Positions 23,765-33,335 of a stretch of 36,636 bases of DNA are shown piece by piece. The stretch comes from a virus. Lineage: Duplodnaviria; Caudoviricetes. Position 1 is the first letter of the stretch, and each line of letters opens with the position of its first letter. The stretch is from positions 1-36,636 of the IMG/VR virus record IMGVR_UViG_3300025409_000011; one strand, 5' to 3'. The translations under genes were made by a program, and so were the position numbers. The notes beneath the pieces were generated by a model. That model made no database searches. It worked only from the letters and a program-made list of their open reading frames with translations, and was not told where the DNA came from.

Positions 23765-26041
23765 ATGAAGACTCTGTGCCGCCTCACTCTCGTTTGGATT
23801 GGGTTGCTCGCGCTGCTCTGCGTGCCCTTGGCGCGGGCAACCACATATTATCTGCGCGCGGATGGTACAGTACTGGCAGCCAACAAGGCGAACGCCACGT
23901 CCTGCTCGGCAGCGGCTACGGCCATGAATGCCACGCAGCATAATGCAGCTACCTACACGGCGGGAGATACAATAGTTTCGTGCGATACCGGAGGAGTTTT
24001 TCGGGATGCCATCCTAAACCCGCCCACCGCTGGTAGCCTTGGAAGTATTATCAGCTATACTGCTTCGGGTTCTCCGACTTTCAACGGAGCAGACCTCGTT
24101 GGAACTTGGATAAATACAGCCGCCGACATAGATCAAAACTTTGCCGTTAGCGATAGTTTGACAGGTTGGACAGTCGGGGAATCTCCTCCAGGTTCTGTTG
24201 TGGCCCAAAACAACCGAGTCGAGGTCACGGCCACGGCCAGTGGTTATGGCAACTTTTCGAAAGACCCCGGATACCAAGGTGAGTATTGGGCTTATTTTAC
24301 TATCTATGTCGTTTCCGGTTTCGCCATGACCAACGGGGACGTGATGGATGGCAGCGCAATCAACGATAGCGATGCTGGGGCTCCTCGCGTGAGACTTAGC
24401 ATCACGCAGACGGCTGGAGTGCTCAAGTGGTATTGCGTGTATGGAACTGATGGTGGCACGGTTGACGTGGCATCCGGTGTGACAGTCACTACCAACGCTT
24501 GGTACGAAGTCCTAATGCATTACAAGAAGGCCACGGGGGCTGGAGCCAACAATGGCATGGCTCAAATTTGGGCCATTCGCAGCGGAGTTTCAACTGCCCT
24601 TCTCGATGTGACTAATGTTGACTCCGATACTACTTGGGCGCATGACCTTAAAATGGGCATTAACTTGTCCCCTTCTGCAACGGGAACACTCTACTTCGGA
24701 GATGTAAAATATGATCACACTTATCCTGTCGGTCTGAATCTCTGGCGATCAACATTTAGCACAGCAACGCCCAATCAGGTTTTCTTTGACGGCACGCGTG
24801 GAACCGCGCAGACTTCCGCAAGTTCGTTGGCTGTGACTGGTGATTGGTACTACGATGCTGTAAGTCGGCTCTATACCTACCGGGCTACAGACCCAGACTT
24901 ACTCGTTTCTCCTGGAGTAGAAGCATCGGTACGCTCCTACGGTATGCAGGCATGGGAAAGCTATCTGTCCATCCAAGGTTTACATTTCACCAAAGCCAAC
25001 TCCAATGGCCTCGATATCACTGCAAGTTGGGAAGGTGATCTTACTGGATTGAGTGTCACAGGAAGTCTCTCTGATTACAATTATGATAAGGGATTTGCTG
25101 TAGATACTTGGGAACATAACGTCAACGGGGTGACATTCGACAGTGATACAGCTACCTATAACGGTCGCTGGGGAATACATTTCGGAACCGTTTCGGACAG
25201 CGTGACCAACATTCTTTTGAAGCACATTGTAGCCCACGATAACGGATGGACTTCTACTTACGGGGGTGGAGGCATCGGGGCATTTGGCACGGGCACAACC
25301 AATTGCACCGTCGAGCAAAGCCAATCCTACAACAACACCAATAATTTAGGTATCTGGTTGGATACGGTGGGTGCTGGGTGTGCTGCGACGCAAAATCAAA
25401 CCTCGGGCAACTGGCGTGGGATGCAGATTGAGGCTTCAGATGGCGTGGACATATACGACAATCTCTCTTGGGACAATATAGATTCGGGCTTTGAGTTGAG
25501 CCGACGAAGTCATAATAACCATTTCTATAACAACGATTCTTGGGGCAATTTAATCGGACTGGCCGTGCGTTCTTCGGCCGGTGGCGTGCCTGATGGATTC
25601 ACTCGGAATCTACTGAAAAACAACATTCTGTCTGGCAATACGACTGCCCTTTATGCGCATGATGGCGGGGAGAACGATGGGACGAACGGAAGCAGGAATC
25701 TGTATCAGTACGATGCGCTTGGCCCTGCCGCAACCAACTTCATTACTTGGGGGGCATCAACTTTTTCGACTTACGCGGCATGGAGAGCCGACCCCGGATG
25801 CGGTGCGACAGATTGCTCGTACTCCATAGAGGCCGACCCGCAGTTCACAAACGCCGCAGGCGGGGACTTCAGCTTGAAATCGACCTCTCCCGCGCGGCAC
25901 GCGGGCACCAATCTAGGCTCGTCCTACAACATCGGGCTCCGCTGTGAGGGGGCTTTCCCATACCTCACAACGACGCAGGGAGGCAAGTGGGACATCGGCG
26001 CGTGCGTGAAGAAGGCGCCGGTGATCGAGACAGTGCAATGA
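23765..26041 (+). CDS. secreted right-handed parallel beta-helix protein (polysaccharide-binding/depolymerase-like)
   Basis: Signal peptide ending ARA-TTYY; N..GI beta-helix repeats; C-terminal ADPQF....GDFSL...SPA...G...DIGA. Confidence 0.8.
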   Translation: MKTLCRLTLVWIGLLALLCVPLARATTYYLRADGTVLAANKANATSCSAAATAMNATQHNAATYTAGDTIVSCDTGGVFRDAILNPPTAGSLGSIISYTASGSPTFNGADLVGTWINTAADIDQNFAVSDSLTGWTVGESPPGSVVAQNNRVEVTATASGYGNFSKDPGYQGEYWAYFTIYVVSGFAMTNGDVMDGSAINDSDAGAPRVRLSITQTAGVLKWYCVYGTDGGTVDVASGVTVTTNAWYEVLMHYKKATGAGANNGMAQIWAIRSGVSTALLDVTNVDSDTTWAHDLKMGINLSPSATGTLYFGDVKYDHTYPVGLNLWRSTFSTATPNQVFFDGTRGTAQTSASSLAVTGDWYYDAVSRLYTYRATDPDLLVSPGVEASVRSYGMQAWESYLSIQGLHFTKANSNGLDITASWEGDLTGLSVTGSLSDYNYDKGFAVDTWEHNVNGVTFDSDTATYNGRWGIHFGTVSDSVTNILLKHIVAHDNGWTSTYGGGGIGAFGTGTTNCTVEQSQSYNNTNNLGIWLDTVGAGCAATQNQTSGNWRGMQIEASDGVDIYDNLSWDNIDSGFELSRRSHNNHFYNNDSWGNLIGLAVRSSAGGVPDGFTRNLLKNNILSGNTTALYAHDGGENDGTNGSRNLYQYDALGPAATNFITWGASTFSTYAAWRADPGCGATDCSYSIEADPQFTNAAGGDFSLKSTSPARHAGTNLGSSYNIGLRCEGAFPYLTTTQGGKWDIGACVKKAPVIETVQ

Positions 26042-26048
26042 AGGAAAA

Positions 26049-26137
26049 GAAGTCATCAGTTGTCAGTTATCAGTTATCAGTAAGGGCCTTAACTGACGAC
26101 TGAAAACTGAGAACTGAGAACTGATGATTGACGACTT
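26049..26137. repeat. TCAGT heptamer element 15 (full)
   Basis: gaagtca (tcagtnn)4 gggcctta (actgann)5 attgacg actt. Confidence 0.9.
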
Positions 26138-26156
26138 ATCGAAAAGGAGGAACGAG

Positions 26157-27800
26157 ATGTTCAAAAAGATTATTGTAAGCCTCTTCTTGACTCTGGCCCT
26201 GGCGGTCAGCACCTTCGGCCAGACGGCTACGCCTTACGGACTCAGTTTCCCCGCAGGGACTCTGTCCGTGGCGGAGGCGACGCAGGTCATCAACTTTAAG
26301 AACACGTCAGGCGCCATCCTGACGGGATTTGCCATGACGGCCACAGGAACGAATTCGGCGGATTTTGGATTTGCAGCCGCGCCGGTGGCCCCAAATGTTA
26401 CGGCCTGCGCCACATCGATTGCGGTGAACGCAGCCTGCAACATCACCGTAACCTTCACTCCGGGCGGCCTGGGCGCACGCAATGGAAATCTTTCCATTGC
26501 CTACGTAGGCGCTGCGGGTTCCCCCCTGGTTCTACCCCTGGCGGGCTACGGCGCGGCCTCTCCGGGCGCGGCACAAGGCAGCATGGCGCTTATGCCCCTA
26601 GGATTCGCCAACGCCGGCGCTACCGGCACAACGCTCTATAGCTTGGCCAAACTGACGGGGGCGCCCTCCACGGCGGTAATCGCGACCACCGCTGACAACA
26701 AAACCGGCGGCGTATTGGGCGTGGTGATTGCCGGGGCCGGGATCACGGGCAGCGCCACAATTTTGCAGCAGGGGCAAACCCTCTGCAATTTCGATAACAG
26801 CACAGTGGCGGGGGATTTCGTTACCGTGAGCGTCAGCGTGAATGGCGACTGCGCGGACATCGGTTCGACGCTGCCTGGCGATGGCAGCCAGGTGCTGGGC
26901 CGCGCGGTGAGCACCAACACCGGCGCGGGTCTTTACCTGGTCGCGTTGACCTCCGGCCTGGGCGTTTCCGGTGGTAGCGGAGTTGCCGCCACCCAGGCCG
27001 CATTCACTTCGGCCCCCACTCCCAGCGCGGCGGCAGGCGTGACTTTGGGGACAGCGTTGCTGCCCTTCGGCACGGTGTACTTCGGCACTGCGGCCACCAA
27101 CACCTACAGCCTCAATCCAGTCAGCGGGCTCGCTGCGGCTCGGCCGATGTGGTTTGGGGATTATGGCGCAAATGGCGCCATTGCGTTTGCCGATCCCACT
27201 ACAAAGACCAAGATGGCGCTGATCGATTTGCACAGCGCTACCGGCACGGCCACCCTGGCTTTTACGCACTCAGCCAGCCGCACCCTGACTTTTGCCGATC
27301 CAGGGGGCAACGACAGTATGGCCTATCTCGCCGCTACGCAGACCTTCACCGGCAAAACTCTGACTGCTCCAGTCATCGTTTTACCGACGCCGACTGCGGC
27401 TGGAGCGACGTTGGCGCCGACTTGCGCTACATCCGGCACCACGATCCTGTTCGGCGCAGCGTCGGGCGAGGTTGTGACGCTTCCCGCTGCGAGCTCCTCA
27501 ACCATTGGTTGCTACTGGGATTTCTACACCAGCGTGACGGACACCACCAACTACAACGAAATCCAGGTCACAGGCAGCAATTACCTGCTGGGCTCAACTC
27601 TATCGTGTACCGCCAGCGCGTGTCTTATGTTCGCGGCGGATGGCAGCTCGATAAAGGCCATCAAAATGGGGCAGACAACCACCAACTGCGCGGCTGGAAG
27701 TTGGTTCCGCGTTACGGGCATCTCCGCCACACAATGGTGGATTCAAGGGGTGAATTTTGGTTCGGGCACGATGGTAACGCCGTTTACGGCCACACCGTAG
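26157..27800 (+). CDS. secreted multidomain protein: Ig-like (ASH-type) domain + cement-like + fibre-like domains
   Basis: AGGAGG RBS; signal peptide; C.ITVTFTP...G.R.G.L.I Ig motif. Confidence 0.75.
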   Translation: MFKKIIVSLFLTLALAVSTFGQTATPYGLSFPAGTLSVAEATQVINFKNTSGAILTGFAMTATGTNSADFGFAAAPVAPNVTACATSIAVNAACNITVTFTPGGLGARNGNLSIAYVGAAGSPLVLPLAGYGAASPGAAQGSMALMPLGFANAGATGTTLYSLAKLTGAPSTAVIATTADNKTGGVLGVVIAGAGITGSATILQQGQTLCNFDNSTVAGDFVTVSVSVNGDCADIGSTLPGDGSQVLGRAVSTNTGAGLYLVALTSGLGVSGGSGVAATQAAFTSAPTPSAAAGVTLGTALLPFGTVYFGTAATNTYSLNPVSGLAAARPMWFGDYGANGAIAFADPTTKTKMALIDLHSATGTATLAFTHSASRTLTFADPGGNDSMAYLAATQTFTGKTLTAPVIVLPTPTAAGATLAPTCATSGTTILFGAASGEVVTLPAASSSTIGCYWDFYTSVTDTTNYNEIQVTGSNYLLGSTLSCTASACLMFAADGSSIKAIKMGQTTTNCAAGSWFRVTGISATQWWIQGVNFGSGTMVTPFTATP

Positions 27801-27840
27801 AAGGGGAATCGAGAGTGGCTACCTGATCACGGATAAGAAC

Positions 27841-27871
27841 CCACGGTCAGAAAAACACTGACCGTGGCTAC
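27841..27871 (-). repeat. GTAG-family REP
   Basis: Minus strand GTAG ccacggtcag-N7-ctgaccgtgg, perfect 10-bp stem. Confidence 0.7.
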
Positions 27872-27884
27872 CAGGACAACGACT

Positions 27885-29423
27885 ATGGCGATTCGATATC
27901 TGGTTCCTGATGGAAAGCATTTGCCGGTGAGCGGGGAAGACGGCAAGGTCGATCACCGGCTGATGGGCGCGGCGAAGGCGGCGCTGACCAGCCCTGGCGG
28001 GCATCGCGGTAACAAGTACGAAGGCCCGGGCAAAGAGGAAGCCATTCGCAAGCTCAAGGCGCTTTACAAATCGGAAGGCTTGGATTGGGAAGCTTCGGAC
28101 GCGAATGTCGGCGGCCTGCACTTCACCATTACGCTTTCGGATGCGCTGTCTGCCGGAGCGTCGCGCCAGCCCATCGCTCTTACCGGCCATTGGGTCAAGC
28201 GCACCGGGCAGCACATCGACATTACCCGGGCGGTTCTCGACGAGATGTTTCAGAACTTCGCCAAGGAGCCTATCGGGGTAAATGTTGACTACGATCATGC
28301 CAGCGAATCGCCCCTACTCGGCTTGCTGGGCCCGTCGCCTTCGGCCGGTCGCCTGGTCAAGCTCGATCCGGCCGAGGCCTTCAATGGCACCGATCGCGAC
28401 ATCCTCTACGGTTACTACGAACCCACGGATAAAGCGCGCGAACTCGTGCAAGGCAGAGAGTATCGCTACTTCTCTGTGGCTGCAGACAAGATCCCCGATA
28501 GGAAAACCGGAGCAGACCAGGGCTGGACAATCACTTCGGTGGCTCTGACCAATAAACCCGTGATCAGCGAGTTGCCGGAGATCCGGCTTTCGGAAGGGCA
28601 GGAACTTTTGATGGACGCTGGGAGCGTCCATGTTCCCACGAATATCTCGAACCCCGCCGGTGGCGGGAGAAATCAAGGAGGCAATCACATGGCACTACCC
28701 AAAGTAACGCTCAAGAACGCCGCCGACGGCACGCACGAAGTTCACGGCCCCGACGGTCAGATTGGAACGGTGGAAGACAAGCACATTCGGCAATACGCGC
28801 AAGAGCACCTCGATATGTGCAACAGCGCGAAGGCGAGCGAGGATGCCGCAGCCGCGCGGGCCACGCTGCTTTCGGAAATCGGCGCGCCTGGCAAGACTTC
28901 GGCAGAAGTGAAAGCTCTTATCGACCGCACTGCCGCGCCCATCAAGACCGAAGCGCAACTGCTTTCGGAAACCATCGGCGCGGACGGCATCGTCGATCGC
29001 GCCAAGCTCCTCGTCTTCGTCCGCAACGGTGAGCTCAAGGCTGACGCGCCGTTTGTGATGTCGGACGCCCAGGGGCGCGTAGAGAAGGCTCTCGAAAAGG
29101 GCTTGCTGACGCCCGCACAGGTAAAAAGCGGCTCGCCGTTGCGGCTCGCTTTAAGCGACGGCGCATCCTTTAAGGCGCTCATCGAGGACCGGCCTCCGGT
29201 TGTGGCGGTGAATACAATCATCGGCGCCGGCGCCGGGGATTCCGACAAGTCGGAACTCGAGAGGACCGAGGTGCAGCTCTCGGATGCGGTCACCGCGCGC
29301 ATGACGGCAGCCAAGGAAACCCGCGATCAGGCGGAGCACTTCGTGGTCGGAACGCCGGAAGGGCGCGAGCTCTGGGAATCGGCACGCAAGTTGCGGCTTG
29401 CCGCAAATGCGGAAAAGGACTGA
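27885..29423 (+). CDS. Mu-like prohead protease I / scaffold
   Basis: VDYDHAS, AG, YRYFS, SVALTNKP followed by helical scaffold region. Confidence 0.87.
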   Translation: MAIRYLVPDGKHLPVSGEDGKVDHRLMGAAKAALTSPGGHRGNKYEGPGKEEAIRKLKALYKSEGLDWEASDANVGGLHFTITLSDALSAGASRQPIALTGHWVKRTGQHIDITRAVLDEMFQNFAKEPIGVNVDYDHASESPLLGLLGPSPSAGRLVKLDPAEAFNGTDRDILYGYYEPTDKARELVQGREYRYFSVAADKIPDRKTGADQGWTITSVALTNKPVISELPEIRLSEGQELLMDAGSVHVPTNISNPAGGGRNQGGNHMALPKVTLKNAADGTHEVHGPDGQIGTVEDKHIRQYAQEHLDMCNSAKASEDAAAARATLLSEIGAPGKTSAEVKALIDRTAAPIKTEAQLLSETIGADGIVDRAKLLVFVRNGELKADAPFVMSDAQGRVEKALEKGLLTPAQVKSGSPLRLALSDGASFKALIEDRPPVVAVNTIIGAGAGDSDKSELERTEVQLSDAVTARMTAAKETRDQAEHFVVGTPEGRELWESARKLRLAANAEKD

Positions 29424-29426
29424 ACC

Positions 29427-29503
29427 CTCGGGATTAGGGATTAGGGGCTAGGGATTCGGGAAGAAAAACCCGCATCCTGAATCCCAGGTCCCGAATCCCT
29501 GAG
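29427..29503. repeat. GGGATTn/AATCCCn heptamer element (full inverted pair)
   Basis: gggatta gggatta ggggcta gggattc ggg aagaa aaacccg catcctg aatccca ggtcccg aatccct. Confidence 0.85.
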
Positions 29504-29527
29504 TCAATCTCGAAGGGAGAAAACGCG

Positions 29528-30031
29528 ATGGATTATTTCAGCTACAGGTACGCAGGGCTGACGATGGTGGATAAGATGGCCGCCGTAAGCCCCGATTCTA
29601 CTGTGTTCCCGGAGGGCTTCATTCTGCCCGCCGGTCAGAATGCGGCATTCCTCGGCATCTGCGAGAAGGGTGTGCTCCCCGACGCGATTCCCGGCTATGT
29701 GGGCGGCGTGTACGCAGGCTTCAGCGGCCAAGCGTGGCCGGTAGGCCCGGGCGGCAGCGCCATTGTTACGCCCAGGACGCCGCAAGGGCAGTCGCGCTCG
29801 CTGGCGGTCGGCCCCATCCGCGTTCCGGCGATTGCAGCCGCCGGGATCGCTCGCGGTGACCGCCTGATTATCGGCGATACCATGGGACGCCTGGCCAGCG
29901 TTGTGACCCTGGGGCTCCCAGCCGGCACTAACATCAATCTGGTGGGTACGGCCGACACGGCCGCCACGGCGGCGGACCAGGTGGTTTACGTCTGGCTTTC
30001 TCCGCTCGGCGATCGCCACGACACGGTGTAG
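29528..30031 (+). CDS. capsid cement/decoration protein (DUF2190-like)
   Basis: AAAGIARGDRL.....G.......VGTA.TAATAADQVV; between protease and capsid. Confidence 0.75.
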   Translation: MDYFSYRYAGLTMVDKMAAVSPDSTVFPEGFILPAGQNAAFLGICEKGVLPDAIPGYVGGVYAGFSGQAWPVGPGGSAIVTPRTPQGQSRSLAVGPIRVPAIAAAGIARGDRLIIGDTMGRLASVVTLGLPAGTNINLVGTADTAATAADQVVYVWLSPLGDRHDTV

Positions 30032-30032
30032 A

Positions 30033-30082
30033 TGTAGCGGCGGTCCATGACCGCCGTTCGGCGCTCGTAGAGCGCCGCGACA
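30033..30082. repeat. GTAG-family REP doublet
   Basis: GTAG cggcggtc cat gaccgccg tt cggcgctc gta gagcgccg cgac. Confidence 0.75.
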
Positions 30083-30224
30083 GGAAGGCTACGGCAAGAC
30101 GGCGAGCCATCCCTCGCCGCAGCAAGTGTGTTCCTGCTCGGACAGCGGCTGGCATATCCGATGGGGAACCCGGCAGCGGGGGCCGCGAAATCGACGGCGC
30201 CTGACCCGCAAGTGAGAGGCATCC

Positions 30225-31169
30225 ATGGATGCAAGTGCAGTTCACATAACGACGCTCGATCCACGCATCAGCGTGGCGTACCAAAACAAGCAATTCATTC
30301 ACGAGCAAGTGTGGCCCATCGTGCCGTGCGACAAACTCAGCGGCATGTACAGCAAATACTCGAAACAAAGCTTCCGGGCCCAACTCGACAGCCTCGATGA
30401 AGGCGGCTATCCCAGGCGTTATCGCCTGGACATCGAGCCATACGGCCGGTATGAATGCCGTGGGCACGGCGTTAGCGTGATGCTGCTCGACGATACCCGC
30501 GACAATGCCGACAACCCGGCCGAAGTCGATATCCAGCACCGGAACTTCGTGCAGGCAGTCATCGCGCTCAACCGTGAAATCGAGCTGATCAACTCCCTCA
30601 CCGCGGCGGCGATTCCGCAAAATGTCACGCTGGCGGGCGTAACTCAATTTTCCAACGCCGCGTGCAACCCGCTGCCTATCATCCGTGGCTGGTGCGTAAC
30701 CATCGAGCAGGCTATTGGCGTCTCTCGCTCCGAAATGAGCCTGCTGCTGCCGCGTCCGGTGCTCGATGCGCTGATGGACAACGTCAATATGCGCGGCTAC
30801 GTGCAATTTACGCAGAACCTGTTCAACGAACCCATCGGCCCGCAGAACATCGCCCGCGCCCTGCAGATCAAGAGCATCATCGTGGCGGAAAATCTGGGCC
30901 TGACTTCCGCCGAGGGGGCTGCCGACGTGCTTGCTTACAATTGGCCTTCGGCGGTGGGCGCCTCCATCTGCCTACTGTTCTACAGCACGCAAACTCCCGC
31001 GGCGCTGACGCCGAATTTTGGCTATTACTTCCGCTCGAAGATCGGGTACTACCCGCTGCGCGAAGTCTATAAAAAGACAGCGCGCGGCACCCTGATCATC
31101 AGCGAGGAAAAGCGCGACTCGATCATGGTCGAACCGAATGCCGCGTTTTTGGGGATCAACCCGATTTAG
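30225..31169 (+). CDS. major capsid protein
   Basis: ISVAYQN..FI...V.P.VP pattern of Mu-like/lambda E-type capsids; size and synteny. Confidence 0.85.
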   Translation: MDASAVHITTLDPRISVAYQNKQFIHEQVWPIVPCDKLSGMYSKYSKQSFRAQLDSLDEGGYPRRYRLDIEPYGRYECRGHGVSVMLLDDTRDNADNPAEVDIQHRNFVQAVIALNREIELINSLTAAAIPQNVTLAGVTQFSNAACNPLPIIRGWCVTIEQAIGVSRSEMSLLLPRPVLDALMDNVNMRGYVQFTQNLFNEPIGPQNIARALQIKSIIVAENLGLTSAEGAADVLAYNWPSAVGASICLLFYSTQTPAALTPNFGYYFRSKIGYYPLREVYKKTARGTLIISEEKRDSIMVEPNAAFLGINPI

Positions 31170-31174
31170 GAAAA

Positions 31175-31243
31175 ACAGTTGTCAGTGGTCAGTTGTCAGT
31201 TCTTAGTTACTGATAACTGATCACTGATGACTAAATACTGTTT
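31175..31243. repeat. TCAGT heptamer element 16 (full)
   Basis: acagttg (tcagtnn)3 ttagtt (actgann)3 actaaat actgttt. Confidence 0.9.
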
Positions 31244-31257
31244 TTAAAAGGAGCAAC

Positions 31258-31749
31258 ATGGCAAAAGAAGAGGAAAGAAAACAGGGTCAGACGCGGCCAG
31301 CGGCCCCACCGCCAGCACCTTCCATGGAGCCTCCGGTCGCGCCGACGCGTATGGGAGCAACCTGGGAGGATGTTGCCTTCCTGAAGCAGCGCGGGAAAAA
31401 TCTCGTCACAGTGGAAAGCGCTCAGGCGTTCATCGATCGGATGTCCTCGGCCGACTATGTTGAATACCTGCGCGATAAGTTCGAGGCCTCGCCGAAAGTC
31501 CCGCCGGCGGAAGTCTATAAGCCGCGGCAAGGCGCGGAGACCACCGAGGTCCTTCTCCATCACCCGATTCAATACGGCGTGCTGGGGAAAGACCGCGCCG
31601 TAAATAACTTCAAGTTTTCGCGCGGCCTGCACACGCTCGAAGTGGAACTGGCTGCGCTGTTCCTGACTTTCAAGGACCCGATCGGCCACCGGCCGATTGC
31701 GGAAATCCCCAAGCCCGTCGAGTCGGTGAAGGGAACGGTGACGAAATAG
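31258..31749 (+). CDS. hypothetical protein
   Basis: AAGGAG RBS; bounded by elements 16 and 17. Confidence 0.7.
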   Translation: MAKEEERKQGQTRPAAPPPAPSMEPPVAPTRMGATWEDVAFLKQRGKNLVTVESAQAFIDRMSSADYVEYLRDKFEASPKVPPAEVYKPRQGAETTEVLLHHPIQYGVLGKDRAVNNFKFSRGLHTLEVELAALFLTFKDPIGHRPIAEIPKPVESVKGTVTK

Positions 31750-31757
31750 CCGGGAGG

Positions 31758-31826
31758 GAAGTTGTCAGTTCTCAGTTCTCAGTTTTCAGTAACTGATAAC
31801 TGAGGACTGATGACTGAGAACTTTTC
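31758..31826. repeat. TCAGT heptamer element 17 (full)
   Basis: gaagttg (tcagtnn)4 (actgann)4 acttttc ATG. Confidence 0.9.
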
Positions 31827-32387
31827 ATGTCCTACACGACTGTCGATGACGTCGCGGCTTTGTTTCCGACCTTCTCGCGCAATGGGCCGAAAGGCCCTGC
31901 GGATGCCGTGATCCAGGGATTCATCGATCGCGAGGCTTCGCAGATCAATGGCATTCTTCAGCAGCGGTTCAGTGAAGCCATCGCCACCTTTCCAGGGGCC
32001 AATCTGGCGGCGCAATTCGTCGCCTACATTGCCAGTTTTGCCTCTGGGTCCGACCAACTAAATCTGTTGGTCCAGGCCAATACCTGGGCAGCGGCGGGAG
32101 AGCTAGCGACGATCTTTGAGGCGACTATCGGTGCGACGGTCGCGAAAGTGGCGGCAGCGTATGAAGCGAAGGCGCAGGAAATTTATTGGGAACTGGAAGG
32201 CCGTGATGAAAAGGGTGCGCTGAGAAAACCCGCTGTCGGGCGGTTCGACAAGCTGTTCGATGCGAGCGCGCGCTCGATCAGCCCCCGTGCCGAATTTTTT
32301 GGCGTGGCCGGGGGCGATCAGCCGCGGCAGAAAGATGAGGACGTGACCGGCTACTTTAACAAGTGGCCGGGGACGAAAGATGATTAG
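31827..32387 (+). CDS. head-tail adaptor (Mu gp36-like)
   Basis: MSYTTVDDV...I.REASQINGIL..RF. Confidence 0.75.
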   Translation: MSYTTVDDVAALFPTFSRNGPKGPADAVIQGFIDREASQINGILQQRFSEAIATFPGANLAAQFVAYIASFASGSDQLNLLVQANTWAAAGELATIFEATIGATVAKVAAAYEAKAQEIYWELEGRDEKGALRKPAVGRFDKLFDASARSISPRAEFFGVAGGDQPRQKDEDVTGYFNKWPGTKDD

Positions 32388-32452
32388 TTATCAGTCATCA
32401 GTAATCAGTAAGTGCTTTAGCTGAAGACTGACAACTGAAAACTGACGACTTC
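32384..32452. repeat. TCAGT heptamer element 18 (full)
   Basis: ttagtta (tcagtnn)3 gtgcttta gctgaag (actgann)3 acttc. Confidence 0.9.
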
Positions 32453-32456
32453 TTCT

Positions 32457-33050
32457 ATGTGGATTCCAACTTACAAGCTCACGCTCGGCTTCAACATCGT
32501 CGATCAACTGATCGCTGTTATTCAGCGCGATCAGGCGGCGGCGATGGCCTACGCACTCGCGCAATTCCCCGCGCCGTCAGGGACGCCGGCGCCGGTTGCG
32601 GTCAGGCAATTCTGGCGCGGCGCCGGAATGAAGCCGGAATTGCCCTGCATCGTAGTGCAGGCCAACGGGCCAGACTATACACCCTGGATCCAGGACGAGC
32701 CCCCCTTGCACGGGCGCAACGCTTGGGGAGTTTACTGCGACGTCGGCGATTTCGACACCGAATCCGTCGTGTGGCTTGCCCAGATCTACTCCCTGACCCT
32801 GATGCATGTTTTGGTGAGCGAGTTCTACGGGCCGACCAATGGAGCGGATCTGTTTGTGGCGCTTACGCTGACCGAGAATGATGGGCGGACGACGCGCCGG
32901 ACCGTTTCTTTTCCCCTAGGCGTGGTGGGGGGTTTTCTGATTCATTCGCCGGTTTTGCAGATAAAACCCGGCGATCAAGAACGTCCTACGCCCGTGCTGC
33001 GGGTGGCGATTGAGGGAACATTCCAGACAGAGGATTTCGCTGCTCCATGA
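32457..33050 (+). CDS. tail completion/terminator-like protein
   Basis: LPCIVV motif; synteny between adaptor and tail tube. Confidence 0.55.
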   Translation: MWIPTYKLTLGFNIVDQLIAVIQRDQAAAMAYALAQFPAPSGTPAPVAVRQFWRGAGMKPELPCIVVQANGPDYTPWIQDEPPLHGRNAWGVYCDVGDFDTESVVWLAQIYSLTLMHVLVSEFYGPTNGADLFVALTLTENDGRTTRRTVSFPLGVVGGFLIHSPVLQIKPGDQERPTPVLRVAIEGTFQTEDFAAP

Positions 33051-33062
33051 GGAGATGGAAAC

Positions 33063-33320
33063 ATGAAAAAAAGCGATCAGCAGTCAGCCGCCAGCGATCA
33101 GCAAGAGCCGAAGGGCTATGAGCTAGTGCTTTCGCAGTGGGCTGGGCAGATCCTCCCAGACTGGGAAATTGAAATCTTTCGAGCTGAGCAGTGGTATGCG
33201 GCGCCCACCGGATGGCCGCTCTATCTTTTCGTTGGGCAGAAGATTCGCGCTCGCACGGCTGCCGGGCAGGCGATCCTTGAGCAAATGCTAGCGCACGGAT
33301 ATCTGAAGGAAGTCATCTGA
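33063..33320 (+). CDS. hypothetical protein
   Basis: GAGGAG RBS; N-terminus encoded by CAGCnnT heptamers (33071-33104). Confidence 0.65.
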   Translation: MKKSDQQSAASDQQEPKGYELVLSQWAGQILPDWEIEIFRAEQWYAAPTGWPLYLFVGQKIRARTAAGQAILEQMLAHGYLKEVI

Positions 33321-33335
33321 AGACTGGAGTAACAA

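Noticed and set aside
23157-27800. Diversity-generating retroelement or invertible host-range cassette
   Set aside because: No reverse transcriptase, TR/VR pair or invertase seen in the window
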